Shown here: positions 20,923 to 33,210 of the stretch, piece after piece
How positions within the stretch are numbered: position 1 is the first letter of the stretch
How the letters are laid out: each line of letters opens with the position of its first letter
Assembly: GCA_022813865.1 (NCBI GenBank)
Contig: JALDZX010000045.1
Location: 124,001 to 172,433, forward strand
Direction: 5' to 3'
DNA from: Xylographa opegraphella
Taxonomy: Eukaryota
Length of the DNA stretch: 48,433 bases
Made by a program: the position numbers and the translations under genes
The notes under the pieces: model-generated
What the model saw: only the letters and a program-made list of their open reading frames with translations
Told to the model about the DNA's origin: nothing
Databases searched by the model: none

Positions 20923-23056
20923 GGTGAGGTCTGTGGACGGATGCTTGAGCGTTGTTTTTTTGCGCTGGCGGAGCTGGAGTGTACAGCTACTCAGATGTTC
21001 TGCTTCGCAAGCAGTCACGTGAGATTCTGATAACGAGAATTGGTACGAATGTCTGCTAGACGAAACGGGGAACGCAGACGCCAGGAGAGAAACGCTGTGG
21101 AACGACTGGAATGGGAGAAATCGATGGGTGTTTTGATCAACAGAACTCAGGAAGCTTTAGGCAGTAGTAGAATAGACAGCGACAGTGAGCAAGCACCGCC
21201 ACAGCAATAAGACATTCGTCCCGCAGATGTTACACCTCCAGCATGAGTCAGAGTAGAGGTATTTCAGAATGCAAGTATCGTCTATTCCTTGTATCATGAA
21301 AGACCTTCCGCCAAAATCTGTCCCATGGAAGAAACCGGTTAAGTCTTGGCAGTGTATAATCAGCCGCTCACGCAGCTTAGCGAAACAAAGCGTTTCTACT
21401 AATCAACAGAACAGTTCGAAAAGACCTGATCAAACAAATCATCCACGGCCACGATCCCACAGATTCCACTGCTTCATCTACATAAGATATCATGGCTAAA
21501 CGGCCCTCACTATACGAGCAGCGTTCGGCAACTGAGAAACTGTTTGATTCAAGACTGCTTTGAACCATCTCATCCCAGCCCCTCACGTGCTCCCAGCATT
21601 CACCATCCGCAGATCGACCGATGACCACCCGGGTCGGCAAAAGGGGGGAAGTAAGAGGGAAGGTGGAAGTTCTCCCGGCACCGACGAGAACGCAGGGGAA
21701 GGAAGGAAAGCCCTCCCCCGTCTTTCCACTAGAAAATGTACATCCGTTGAAGTGATTTCAAACCCCCCACAGCCGGCCCAGTCCCACTATACGCGTTCTC
21801 GAGAAGGGGGGCAGGAGAAATCGAGATCCCCAAACCCCCAGCCACGGGTCCCCAAACCTCCAGAACAGTAGGTAACTTCCTACCTAGATGTGAGGACGCA
21901 CGAACGCGCTTCCCTAAGCATGCAGCCAGCCACTCGCTGCACTGCACTTGCGCTGTGCTTGCGATGCGGCCAAGGCAGGCAGACAGGCAGCCCTGCAACC
22001 GCCCGATTCACCCACCCCGGAGCCAACATCCACCCAGTCCAGTCGTGCTGCATCCAGCGCGCGTCTGACCAATGGCCACGGTCGCGGGATTGATGCTTCG
22101 TACGTAGATGGATGGTATCTCTCCCTAGACTACCTTGCCTATCCCTCTCTCACACTGTGTGTGTGTGTGTATGTGGGTGTTTATGCATGAGACCTATACC
22201 ATGCAGCACCCCCTTCCACCATGCCCGAAGCCCGCCCGCCTGCCCCCCCCAGTTCCCAGCAGGCATGCGTCTCTGACAGCTGTCAGACGCGCATTAGTCC
22301 TCGGTCGCGTCGAGGGTCAGGGACGGGGAAGGAGGAGGAGGAGGGTGGCCGCATGGTGGTGGGTACGAGAGGGCCGGGGGGGGGGCGTTCCTACAGCTAT
22401 CGCGACGGGGAAGAGAAGGAGGGAGCTGAGGATATCGTTGGGTTATTCCCAAGGGGGGGGGAATCTGCAGATGTCTTGTCTTGCACGACTGGATGGGATG
22501 CTTGCTGCAGCGCTCCCTCCCTCCCTACCTCCCTACCTTACCTTACTTCCCCGGTGGAAGCGCTTGTGCACGAAGCTGAGGTGCGATATTCAATCGGTCA
22601 GGCAGACACTTCGCGCGTTGAGGAATAATTTGATACCGTGAAAAAAAACACGAGTTTCTCTAGATAGGGGGATTATGAAAGGGGGGGGGCCCCCTGACCA
22701 TGCCAAACCAACGCCTCGTCTTTCTCATCCCATCCTATTTATCGGAGCTGAGCGGTGAAAGTGTGGGATTACTGTACCATCCTTACCTTACCTTACTACG
22801 GAGCATGTAGTGTCCATCATCCCAGGCTCCCAGCCCAGGAGCAGAAGCAAAACATGGCATGACCACCCTAGCGCACGGATCCTTTCATCCTACCTTTTCG
22901 TACGTATTCCGTAAGGTATCGTATGATAACTAGGTAGATACCTTACCCTACCTTACCACACCTTACCCGAAACAGCTTAACATCACCCACCACCCACCAC
23001 CCACCCAGCTAGCCAGTGCCCCCTTAAACCCCCCCCTTAGCACCATACCCAGCCCG

Positions 23057-23086
23057 ATCGTCATCGTCATCGTCATCGTCATCGTC
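23057..23086. repeat. (ATCGTC)n microsatellite
   Basis: About five tandem ATCGTC units, read directly. Confidence 0.8.
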
Positions 23087-26000
23087 GCCATCGTACGATT
23101 GTGGTTCGGAAGCTGAGAGCAACTACCGAGGACGCGAGACGCGCATCCCCCCAGACACTATGAACGTGTCTCCGTTACGGGATTATTATGGTGGGAGGGG
23201 CGTGTGTTTGGGGGTGAGGGGGTTGTCGTAGGGGGTTTACAACGGATTACTGGACGGGGCGGAGGGTAGGGTACATGATGGGATGGAGAGGTGGTAAGTC
23301 TGGTGGAAAACTGTTGGAGATGGTATGATGAGGTGGTGAGGCGGTGAGGGACGTGTTTCTAGGGCCTTGGGTGGGTGTGCGCTTGGATCAGCGATCTTGT
23401 TTGGTTTTAGGGGTGAGGGTTTGGGGCGGTGGGTGGGAGTGTCAAGGGGGAGAGCTTGCGTGCGGGGGGGATGTGTTAGGGGTAATGTGGAGTATGGTGT
23501 ATAACCCGGGGGGGGCACCTGGATGTTTGGCGTCCGAGTGGAAGCGAGTTGGGTTTCTTCGTGGGGTGGATGGGGTTGTGGGAGGAGGAAGGAGGAATGG
23601 GTGCGGAAGGGTAGAATTAGAGCGTTTGGTAAGCCATCCATGAGCGAGATAAATGCATTCGCTGTCAACGAGATTGATATTCCTCCTCAAGATCATGGGC
23701 TCGATATCCAGAGGAGTCCCATCCAAGAAGCAGCCACTTCACCTTCAAGCCCACCCATCCACAACGAGTGCCAAGCAACCCACAACCACCAAGCCTCCTT
23801 CGAAGAAAGCCAAGCCTTTTCAGACCGAGGTATTCCGTTACGCCGAAGCACCATCCGCAACCATGGAAAAGCAACATTCGCAAACACGCGCTTCAAGCAT
23901 CAAGGTTGGCTTGTCAAAAAGCTCCGTCCCACGTGGCCGTGGCATGGCATGGCGCATTACTCCAAGCCCTGGTATCCCGTAAATGAAAAAAGGGTTTCCA
24001 GTCCACCACTCTCGGTCCCGGCATCAAAAAGGCGCACACCGTCCACCTTTCCAAGCGAGCGCCGAATCCACGTCGAGAGACTCACGCTCCCCATGATGTA
24101 GATACTCAGTAGTAGTAGTACTAGGCACCCACAGCCACGCCATACATTACCATACCATACCTTACCGACCAACATCGCCCAGCCCCCATCAGCATCCAAC
24201 TCGTCATCACCCTCCCCCCTTAGAACCACAGCCCCTACTCCCACCCTCCCCCCGTACGTTCCGGCCGTCGTCGAGCTCTGGAAGGAAAACGAGGGTGCTT
24301 CCCTCCTTCCCTCCTTCCCTTCCCTTACCTTCCCTTACGCAGCGAACCACAGCTACGGCCTTCCGCCCCCTCAAGCCGACCAAACGGTCGCCAATGGGCT
24401 TGCAACGCATCCGCTTCCCGTGCGGAGAGCGTGCCGAATGCTGGTCGGCACCATGGCGTTGTCCCTGCACGCGAACGTCGCTTGGTGGGCCTAAGGTATC
24501 TTGGCGAAAATAGTGCCGACTTCCCGAGTCCCGGTCGGGGCGGCGGGGGGGGCGGCTTGGGGAGTCTGTTTCGAGACGAGACGAGCCGAGGATGGATGGA
24601 TGGGGCGATATGTTTGGTGTCTCTTTGGGAGTGCCGCATTGGGTGTGGAGAGAAGGAGAGAAGGGAGAGAGAGAGGGATCAGGAGCACGCTAAAGCGGAG
24701 GTTATGCCAGACCCGGGAAACGGACGCTGGAGTTTTGAAAAACCGCAGGTGCTGGCGAAATGATTCATGGGTTCTTTGTGGCTGGCAGTGCGATGGGTGA
24801 ATCGTGCAGGCCGTCATAAGACACGTGATAAGGTAGCTTCACCGTTCCCTACCTCACCATTCAAGCCCCGACGCCTTCCATCCATGATACCTTCCTTTCC
24901 TCCCTGCTCCGAAGCGAAAAGTCGGTACTGCTGAAGGCTGACGAACCGCCCATCGGAGCCACATCCAAACACAGCTTAGCGCAATGAGCAGCAACCAGAA
25001 ATAAGCAGTGGTCCAAGCGCAGGTACCTTCCCGCCGGGGCATCCCCCCATCTGACACTTCGGCTCCGATTACCCCCCCTCTTCGCCCTCTTAGCGGGCGG
25101 CCCCCCCCCCTCTCCACTTCCTTCCTCGCATCGGGCGTCGACACGATCAGATTCGACGATCGGAGATCTCAACACGGCCGGCAGGTTCGCACGGCACTTT
25201 CTGCTGGGCCGGGATGGACAAAAGCTGCGCCAATGACAGATGGGGACAAACCAACCGATTTCATCGTCATTGCGGGCCCCCCTGTGGGACGACGGCTGAT
25301 GGACCACCACGGCGTCCGGCGAACAGTGACGATCGGCCTCATCTACGATTCACGGGGTTGGAAAGATCCTGCCCCTCGATGTCTACGGCTCTGTTCACTC
25401 GTTCGTGGCGGGTTCGTGGCAAGTGGCAACGGGTGACGATGGCTTTTGATTAGTCCGGAGGTGAGTCCGTCCGATTATGCGCACTTAGCGTTGCAGCTCG
25501 GTCCCTGGGTACGGTTAGGTAGGTAAGGTCCCCCCCCTTAGGGCCCATCTGAAGGGAAGAGGTGCTTGCTGGAATGTGCTGCATCTAGACAACGAATTTT
25601 ACGAATAAGCGCAGTGATATGAATTGTCCCTCGTGCGTATTGGTATTATTCAGGGAAAGGTGCGTTGATACGAGGCCCAACCGCCCAACGTCGTTGATGC
25701 TGGATGGATCGCGTGGTGGTGGTTCCACCTCATGGGAAAAGGATTTGATGTCAATGCGAAGGCTCGATACTTTATTATGCTAGGTACAGTACGCAACGCA
25801 CCGACTGCTTTTCGTGGTCTACACTTCTCCTTCAAGTACGGCCGGCTCGAAACATCACCGCGAAATCGGACAGTCAATCAGATTCATGTCATGCATGCAT
25901 GCCGTGCAACCCTTTCCCTTGCGCTGCCGATGCTACACTCAACAGGCGCGTTGCTTTTCCCGTGCTGCCAGCGGCCTGCACGAAACAGACGTCTGGACTG

Positions 26001-29000
26001 CGGCAGTGGTCTTTTGCAGCATCTCCACGCACATGCGTCCGACCTTGGGATGCGACAAAGACACCGGCGGATGCTTGCAGCTGTCAGTCATGTCCGGGAA
26101 TGTACCTCTCCGAGAGCCTGGTATGACTGTCATCCGGACCTCGGATTGCACGACCTGTGGTGTCGAACACGCCCTCTGGCACGGTGAGATGCCAGTGGAT
26201 ATCAAGAAGGCCGATATGAGACCCGAATGGCAATGCTTTACATGATTGGCAACGTGAAACCGTGGGTCGTATTCCTCTGTTGCACCTCCGGCATGCTTCC
26301 ATGTGGAGGTGTCTCTTGCGCGAATGCATCCAGATGGCCTTCCACCAGTTGTGACCGCTGCTGCAGGATTCGCGTGCACCGAAGCGACCTCTTGGGCGGT
26401 CACGTCGTGAGCGAGAAGTGGAAATCGTAAGCTAGATAGCGACCGGTGAACACGCCTCCAATCTCGATTACGAGCTGCAAGATAAACTTTCCTAACGGCT
26501 GAAACTGGGCCCGTTTCCACCAGCCCCCAAATTCCGCAATTGGGCGTCCTACCTACCTTGGTCTCCGACACGTCTTCGTAGCCGACGCCGCAGCCATGTC
26601 GAGCTCGGTAAAAGGAAATGATTGGGCTCCGAAAGCATACGTACGTACGACGGTCACCACAGGTGGCATGTCACTCTCGCGGGCCCGCCTTGCCCTCGAC
26701 CGTTGTCGAGGCGGCCATCCAGCAGCGATGCCTGGACATGGGACGTCCCGGTCAAGGGGACTACTATACAGTAAGACACCCCGAAGCAAGATGAACAAGT
26801 GAGAGTACGTACTCTATAATAAGGTCGTTGGGTAGCCATCCATCGTCGTCAGAGTAGGATTCGTATTAGCAGTACTGCAGTAGCATCGTCCATGGTTATG
26901 ATTAGAAATGATGAGCAAGCGATCAGCGTGTTCAGGCACCGATGGCCGGCGATCCAAATCCTGCCGACGATGACGAGCATCCAATGAAGAGCGGTAAGCA
27001 AAACCGGATCGCTTAGACCGTTGCCGAATGGGGGGAGACTTTGGAGGGGAAAAGAGTGGTATTTCGGGGGGCGAGTGATGATCGGCATAACCGCCGGGGT
27101 TGTCCCAGCCCCTGGAGAGTGTGACGGCAGGGGATGGGATTAGGGCACTGACCAGGGGGGCGGGCAGGGGGGGATGATGGAATTCTGGCGGCGATGATAC
27201 GGGACTTTCTTCGAGACGATGCACGTCCGGTCTGGAAACAGCGGTGGCGGCGACCACGCTTCCGAGAAGGGATGGGGCCTCCTCCAGCTGAACGTTCGAA
27301 CCAATTAATGGCCGTTCCCTTTAAGGATCTTCTCCCAGGCGGATCTTGCTTCCTTGCGAAGCGCTCCTGTTGGACCTTGGTCTGTTTCGAATCTTGCGCG
27401 GCAGTGCCACCCCGCGCTGTCATCGGTAACGCGGCTCATCTCCGATCTCTCGTGCACCAGAATAGCTTTTTCTGCACCTTCGCCCGATGCACCTTGGGCC
27501 ATAACTCCACCGGCTTCCGACGGCTCCGGGGGGGCGAGGGGTGGTGAGAGAGAGGGGCCACCCAGCTATTATTGAAAGCTGAGGGGAGGGGGGAGGGGAG
27601 ATGGGGGGCCACAGGGAATGGCTGACCCGGCAGCCTCCCAAGTAGGTAGTCTGTAGAAGTATTGCTGTTCCTCATGGCGAGCATGTCAACTGCAGCGGCA
27701 GCAGCGTGATCGGTCGAACCAGACAATGTACTCCCGTAGGTGGACTTGCAGTTCAGCTTCAACTACTTGAAAAGGAGGATCGGCCATGTTGTCCGCACCC
27801 ACACGCTACTTCCACCCACCACGGCCTCGCATGGGCAGAGCAAGCCTCATTCTGTCTCCAATCGCAGCTCCGACTGCTCGCCGTTGGCTTCCTTCGCCCG
27901 GCATCCACCGCACTAAGGCAGAGTTGCAGAGGGGCGGCGGCCCCCTCCCCTGGTAATGGTTCGAAGCTTTCCGATCTGCGATCTCAGGTCGTGGTTTAGT
28001 GGACTTTACACCTTGGGGGAGGACCCCTCCTTACGGTGTGCTACTCTACTGTACTGTAAGGTAGGTAGTCTACTGACACTGTACTGTTTCTCCCTCCTTC
28101 TCGCCTTCCCACCCACCACCTCCAGACTACCCACTAACTCTCACTCTCTCTCTCACTCCCTCACTCCCCTCCCTCGACTCACTCACTACCTACGTACCTC
28201 GTTAAGTCGTCCCTCCCTCAACCACTTCTCCGCCCGCTTGTGAAAGTCGTGGACGGGAACGTGGAATTGCCTTCCCCCCCAAAGTCCAAGTCCAAGTTCA
28301 GTCCAGTCCGGTCCGGTCCATCCATCCACTCGTCGTGCGGCAATCCTCTCAACCTTCCCCCCCTCCCCCGCTACTCCCATAAGGTAGATACTTAGTTATC
28401 GTTGCAAAGGCGCAAAAGCCTTGGCGCTCTTCGCTACAGGCTTGCCCCAAACTACCATCTTTCTCCCCATCGCTTTTTCTCCCGCCTACCTTACTCTATT
28501 CGCTATCCTTCCTTCACCGAAAATCTCCCCAAAACTCCATCTCTTGACGACCAAGCTACTGCCACTGGGCCTTGCTGTCCCTCGCAGCCTGCGTTATCTA
28601 CAGTCGGCCATCATCGTCTGCGCACCGCCGCCGTGGTTGCGATTCATCGATCGGAGAATCCGTCGTCGTCGCTCGGTGCTTGTTTCATGCGTTTGCTTGC
28701 CGTGAACGGCTTCCACCCTTCCGCATCCGCAACGCTCCCACGACCACCATACCACCGCCACGTATCGGTCAAGGCTTTCTGAAACCGCAGTTTCGTCGCT
28801 TTCCCGGACTCCTTGTCTTCGAGATCCGATTGTGCGTGGGTGCTGCCGTGGCTGGATTCCCGACAGCGGTCACGAATCGGGAACCAAGGGTGTAAGGACA
28901 GTGGTGAGAAAGGACAGACAGGAAGGGAAGCAAAGCCAAGGCGAGGAAAGGCCGAGGAACGTGGATGGACGGGTAGAGTGAGGACGTTGCTCGGACACAC

Positions 29001-29022
29001 AATCACCGTCTCGCTTGAGGGA

Positions 29023-30745
29023 ATGGACGCCGTGAGACGACGGTCAGCGTCTCCGCCATGGAAACGACCGCAACCGCCTCTCCCCTCTCCGGGCCACTTT
29101 CACAAACCTGATCGCTATGTTGACGGTCTGCCGTCAATCAGCTATTTGGACATCGACAAGATCAAAGCCGACACCTCGGACTACAGCCACGCGCATCTAT
29201 CCTCGGCAACGATGAGCTTGCCGGCAACGTTGCAAACGAGCCCGACAAACTTGTATTCGGGACCGCCTCCTCCATATTCCTACCCACCCTCCAGCGCCAG
29301 CTCCGTCGTGGGACTTGCGGGCTATATATCTCCTCCGGAATCCCGGCGAACCTCTGATGACGACAAAGAACCTCCGTCGCAACATCAGTCGCTCCCATCC
29401 ATCCACGAAGCGTTGGGCAAGGACCAGCAGATTCTCTACCGCACCAAACCGCCTCCGATTGTGCCCCCGCTGACCTCGCTCCCACCCTCCCTGCGAACGC
29501 CCACTACGCCCATCATCCCCCGTTCGCACCCAGAAGCAGTCCTCTCCGGTCCTCCCAACCCATACGCTCCACCCCAGGCGTCCATCTACAGCCACGACTC
29601 GTTGGACCGCAGATTGCAATCGACCACTTGCAAAGGATCCGACGGCGACGAATCAGTCTCTCGTCCGACACGACCTAGTCTTCACGACATCAGTTCGCAT
29701 TCGCATCCGACGCTTCCTACGAGCATTTCGAGTCCCAACCCTTCCGTCAATCCTAGTCCACGCGTACACCACCACCCGATCTCCTCGCCGATGTATCATT
29801 CTACCATTCCGCCGCCGTCCTCGATGCCTCAGCAACCGGTGTACTTCAATCAACCTGCATATTCGTACCCGCTTCAACCGCCAAGCGTCCTTGCTCCCCA
29901 TTATCACAGTATCCAACCACCGTCCTGGCAAGTCGACGGTACGGACGGTGAGAAAACCGAGGCCTCACGGAAGGGTGGATTGAAGGGCAGTCCTAGAAGT
30001 ACGCATCATTATGGAGAATCCGTCAAACGTCATCTGGACATCTTCGACCTGGAGACATCTCTAAACGAGGTAAGTGATACGCAACGCTGTGCGTGTTTGC
30101 AATCTGACCTTCTTCATCAGATTGCCGAAGGAAGCGGTCGAGCTTTGGAGTTCTCTCGCATTTTTGGCAATCGTGCACACACGAACCAGAGATCGGGTCC
30201 TCTACCGGGATCGTTGCCAACACTGGTCGAATGCGATGAAATGATCAAACGGCAGGACCGCGTGTTGGAATCCATGGCCCGAATCCGGGAAGTGATCGTG
30301 ACTCAACAGGCTGCTTTGGCGGAGCAACGGAGTCGTGAAGAGGCCAACAAGGTCCCGAGCGATTTCGGAGAAGACGGCAACGGTTACTCCGAGAAGAGTG
30401 AGGGCGGCGGTGGCTTTGCCGGTGATGCAGCGAAGAAAAGGCGTGGGGTAGGTGTATTTCCTTGTACTTTACGAGGGGTCTACTAATACCCTCTGACAGA
30501 GGCACGCACCTCCGGGGCGATGTCACAGTTGCAACCGGGCGGAAACGCCGGAATGGAGGCGCGGACCCGACGGAGCCCGGACCCTTTGCAACGCTTGCGG
30601 ACTCCGTAAGTATGCCGAGGAGGATGTGAGAGACGTCAACTGACAGCAGCTAGATTACGCCAAGCTGACTCGCAAGATGGGCACCAAGGCTTCTCTCGGC
30701 GGCTCCAACCTGCGACCGAAGGATGGCGGTCTTCCGTCGCCATGA
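29023..30745 (+). CDS. nsdD: GATA zinc-finger developmental regulator, NsdD/SUB-1/Pro44 type. Exons ~29023-30069, 30121-30447, 30500-30605, 30654-30745
   Basis: LYSGPPPPYS, GYISPPESRR, QSLPSIHEAL and YGESVKRHLDIFDLETSLNE motifs; the spliced finger reads [40 protein letters not shown] (C-x2-C-x18-C-x2-C); introns 30070-30120, 30448-30499 and 30606-30653 are canonical. The start codon is inferred. Confidence 0.92.
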
Positions 30746-31630
30746 TCTGTACGCTATCATATTACATACATAGCGTTCCATCTCGAACCAAATCCCGCAT
30801 ATACGACCATTTCTATACATTGGACACTTTCTGTTTTTCTCTGGAGCAAAAACTTCGTGGGGGGTAAACGAGAAGCGGGCGCTCTCACATCTCTTTTAGG
30901 GGAACCCACGGGAGCGCGGGGGGGTGGGGGGGGAAAAACCATGGCTTGCGGCGTCTTTTGTGGCGGAGCGGCGCTTTCATTCTTCCCAGGCGTCCAACAC
31001 GAAACCATTGCAGGTGTTTTATTTTTCTTGTCCTTTCTGCCTCGTGCCCGCGACGATTTCGCATTTTGCTGCGCATCGGAACCGCGAGCGACGTGTGCCG
31101 CTCCGCCTGCCTTATTAGAGGCCCCTTTTGCTGTCACATGTATGCGAAGATACCACCCGGCTTTATTAGAAGCCTTTTGCTTTTTTGGGGGGGAGGGGCG
31201 GGGGGAGGTTGTGTGTGTGTGAGTGTGAGTGTGTCTCTGTGTGTGGAGGCAGACACTCACATTCCGGCAGAAGAACTTTTTCCCGCCATTGATGGGGAAG
31301 CCGGGAGGGAGGTTCTTCTCTTTCTTTTAATTTGGTCGGATCATCTGTGGGGAGGCCGGCTCTTTTTGTTTTTCCCTCTGGTAATATAGTGTCTATCGCT
31401 GGCTCTTTGCTGCTTTTTTCCGAGCGGGGAGGGAAAGGCGGTTTGCTGGGTTGGGGGGTGGTTTTGGCCCCACCTACGCCGTACGTCTCGTTGGATAAAT
31501 AAGCGCACTTAGGCGAAGCACTTTCACCGTTATTATCGCTGGTGCGTGTGGTGCTTGTGACGGTGGTGGGAAAGGGAGGGGAGGGGAGGGGATGGTGGAT
31601 GTGCAATGGGAATCGTGATGCGTGATATCA

Positions 31631-31684
31631 GCATCTGGATCTGCATCTGCATCTACATCTGGATCTGCATCTGCATCTAGATCT
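31631..31684. repeat. (NNATCT)9 hexamer microsatellite in the low-complexity nsdD-FAS2 convergent spacer
   Basis: GCATCT/GGATCT/ACATCT/AGATCT units read directly. Confidence 0.75.
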
Positions 31685-33210
31685 TTCCCCTCGCGTCCCA
31701 AGTCCCACTCGAGCTCGATCGCTCATCTGATGGATCCCCCTTTCCCCGACCTGATTCCACCACCGGGACCCCGTTTCCCACGCCCCTCCCCCCTCCAATT
31801 CCACGCCCGTTTCCCCTCACTCCCTCCTACTCAATCCGACTCAACTCAACCCGACCTGGTCCCTCCGCCGTACTGCCCTACCGCCCGGGGACCCCGTCGA
31901 AGGCCCATTGCTGCCTATCTGCTACTCCGCATCCTCTCCTCCGCCCGCCCGCCCGTCTGCCCCCGCCCCTGCCGGTGCTGGCATCCCATCCCATCACATC
32001 CAAAAGCCGCCCTCCCTCCTCTTCTGCTTCTTCTTCTCCCCCTCCCCTTCCTGCCTGCTTCCCCCTCCCTCTCTCGGCCCTTGTCGACTTGCCACCCCAC
32101 TTCATAGATCCACTACTTTGACATCCTTACTCTTATTCCCACTCCCATCCCCCATTCCTATTCCTATTCTCGATCGCTTTCCCCTTCCACGGCTCCACGG
32201 CTCCGTGCCAGTTCCCGGTCCCGATCTTTCTTCTCCGGATTTCTCCGGATCGGGATCTTGGCGGTACTTTCTCCCGTTACGGTTACGGTTACCGTTGGGT
32301 TTGGGGGGAGGGGAGAAGAGGGGAGGGAGGTTACTGTTTGGCGCCGGGGCCGGGGCCGGGGCCGGGAGAGAATAAGAATGGGGAATGCGGGAGGGCGACG
32401 GGGAGGGGGAGGAGACAGCGCACGTGTCTGGATAGCGGCGCACATACACACCCACACACACACAACCACCGACATCCCCACACATCCCACACACCCACCC
32501 GAACGAAACACGCACAACACCGCCGCGCTGCGCGCAAAGTTCAGCAGACGAGGCGACGAGCGGCGTTTGGATGCAGAACAGAATCACTACCAGCTACCAG
32601 CTAATAGACAGAAAAAGGGGGAGACGAGCCGAATTACCCCCCCTTCGCCAGTACCAGAAGACCGCCCCAAAGGTGGTAACTCAGATCGAGGCCAGGCCAG
32701 GCTAGTGAAGGAAGCGAGCTGGATCTATACGTACGGGGAGGAAGGGAGGGAGGGAAGGAGGAAGGGCGCTGGGCTGCGGCGGCGAAGTTGTCCGTTGGGA
32801 GTGAAGAAAAGGAAAGGAAGGGGAGGGAAAGGAAAGGAACTGTGCGATCATGCGCCAGCCCGCGCGAGGGCGTGGTGGCACAGCGGCGCCGCCGCGAAAG
32901 GGGGCCGACACCTCGGGACGCACAGACATCTCGCACGCACGCACACGACGAAGAGAGGCGGGAGCGAGGTGTGTGAAAAAGCGGGAAATCCACTATTGTC
33001 GGACAGCATGCGACATGTACACAGCTATCGAGCATCTGAGTCGAGCGAACGACTGGCTGGAGCCTGAAACCGCGGGCCCCAGAACGAACGCCCGCGCAGA
33101 GAGCCAACCGAACCAGGCAGCGAGCCCAGAAAAAAAAATTCTATCGGCAGAGCAAGGCACGCAAGAATATACAATGGGGAAAGCTGCGCAAAAGCGCGCA
33201 AGGTGCCTTC

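Noticed and set aside
21269..28895. Many 60-210 aa ORFs upstream of nsdD
   Set aside because: They overlap on both strands, are low-complexity and have no recognisable domains; expected by chance in GC-rich intergenic DNA
30757..33200. ORFs up to 269 aa between nsdD and FAS2
   Set aside because: Translations of microsatellites and purine/pyrimidine tracts (poly-G/R/P/H/T)
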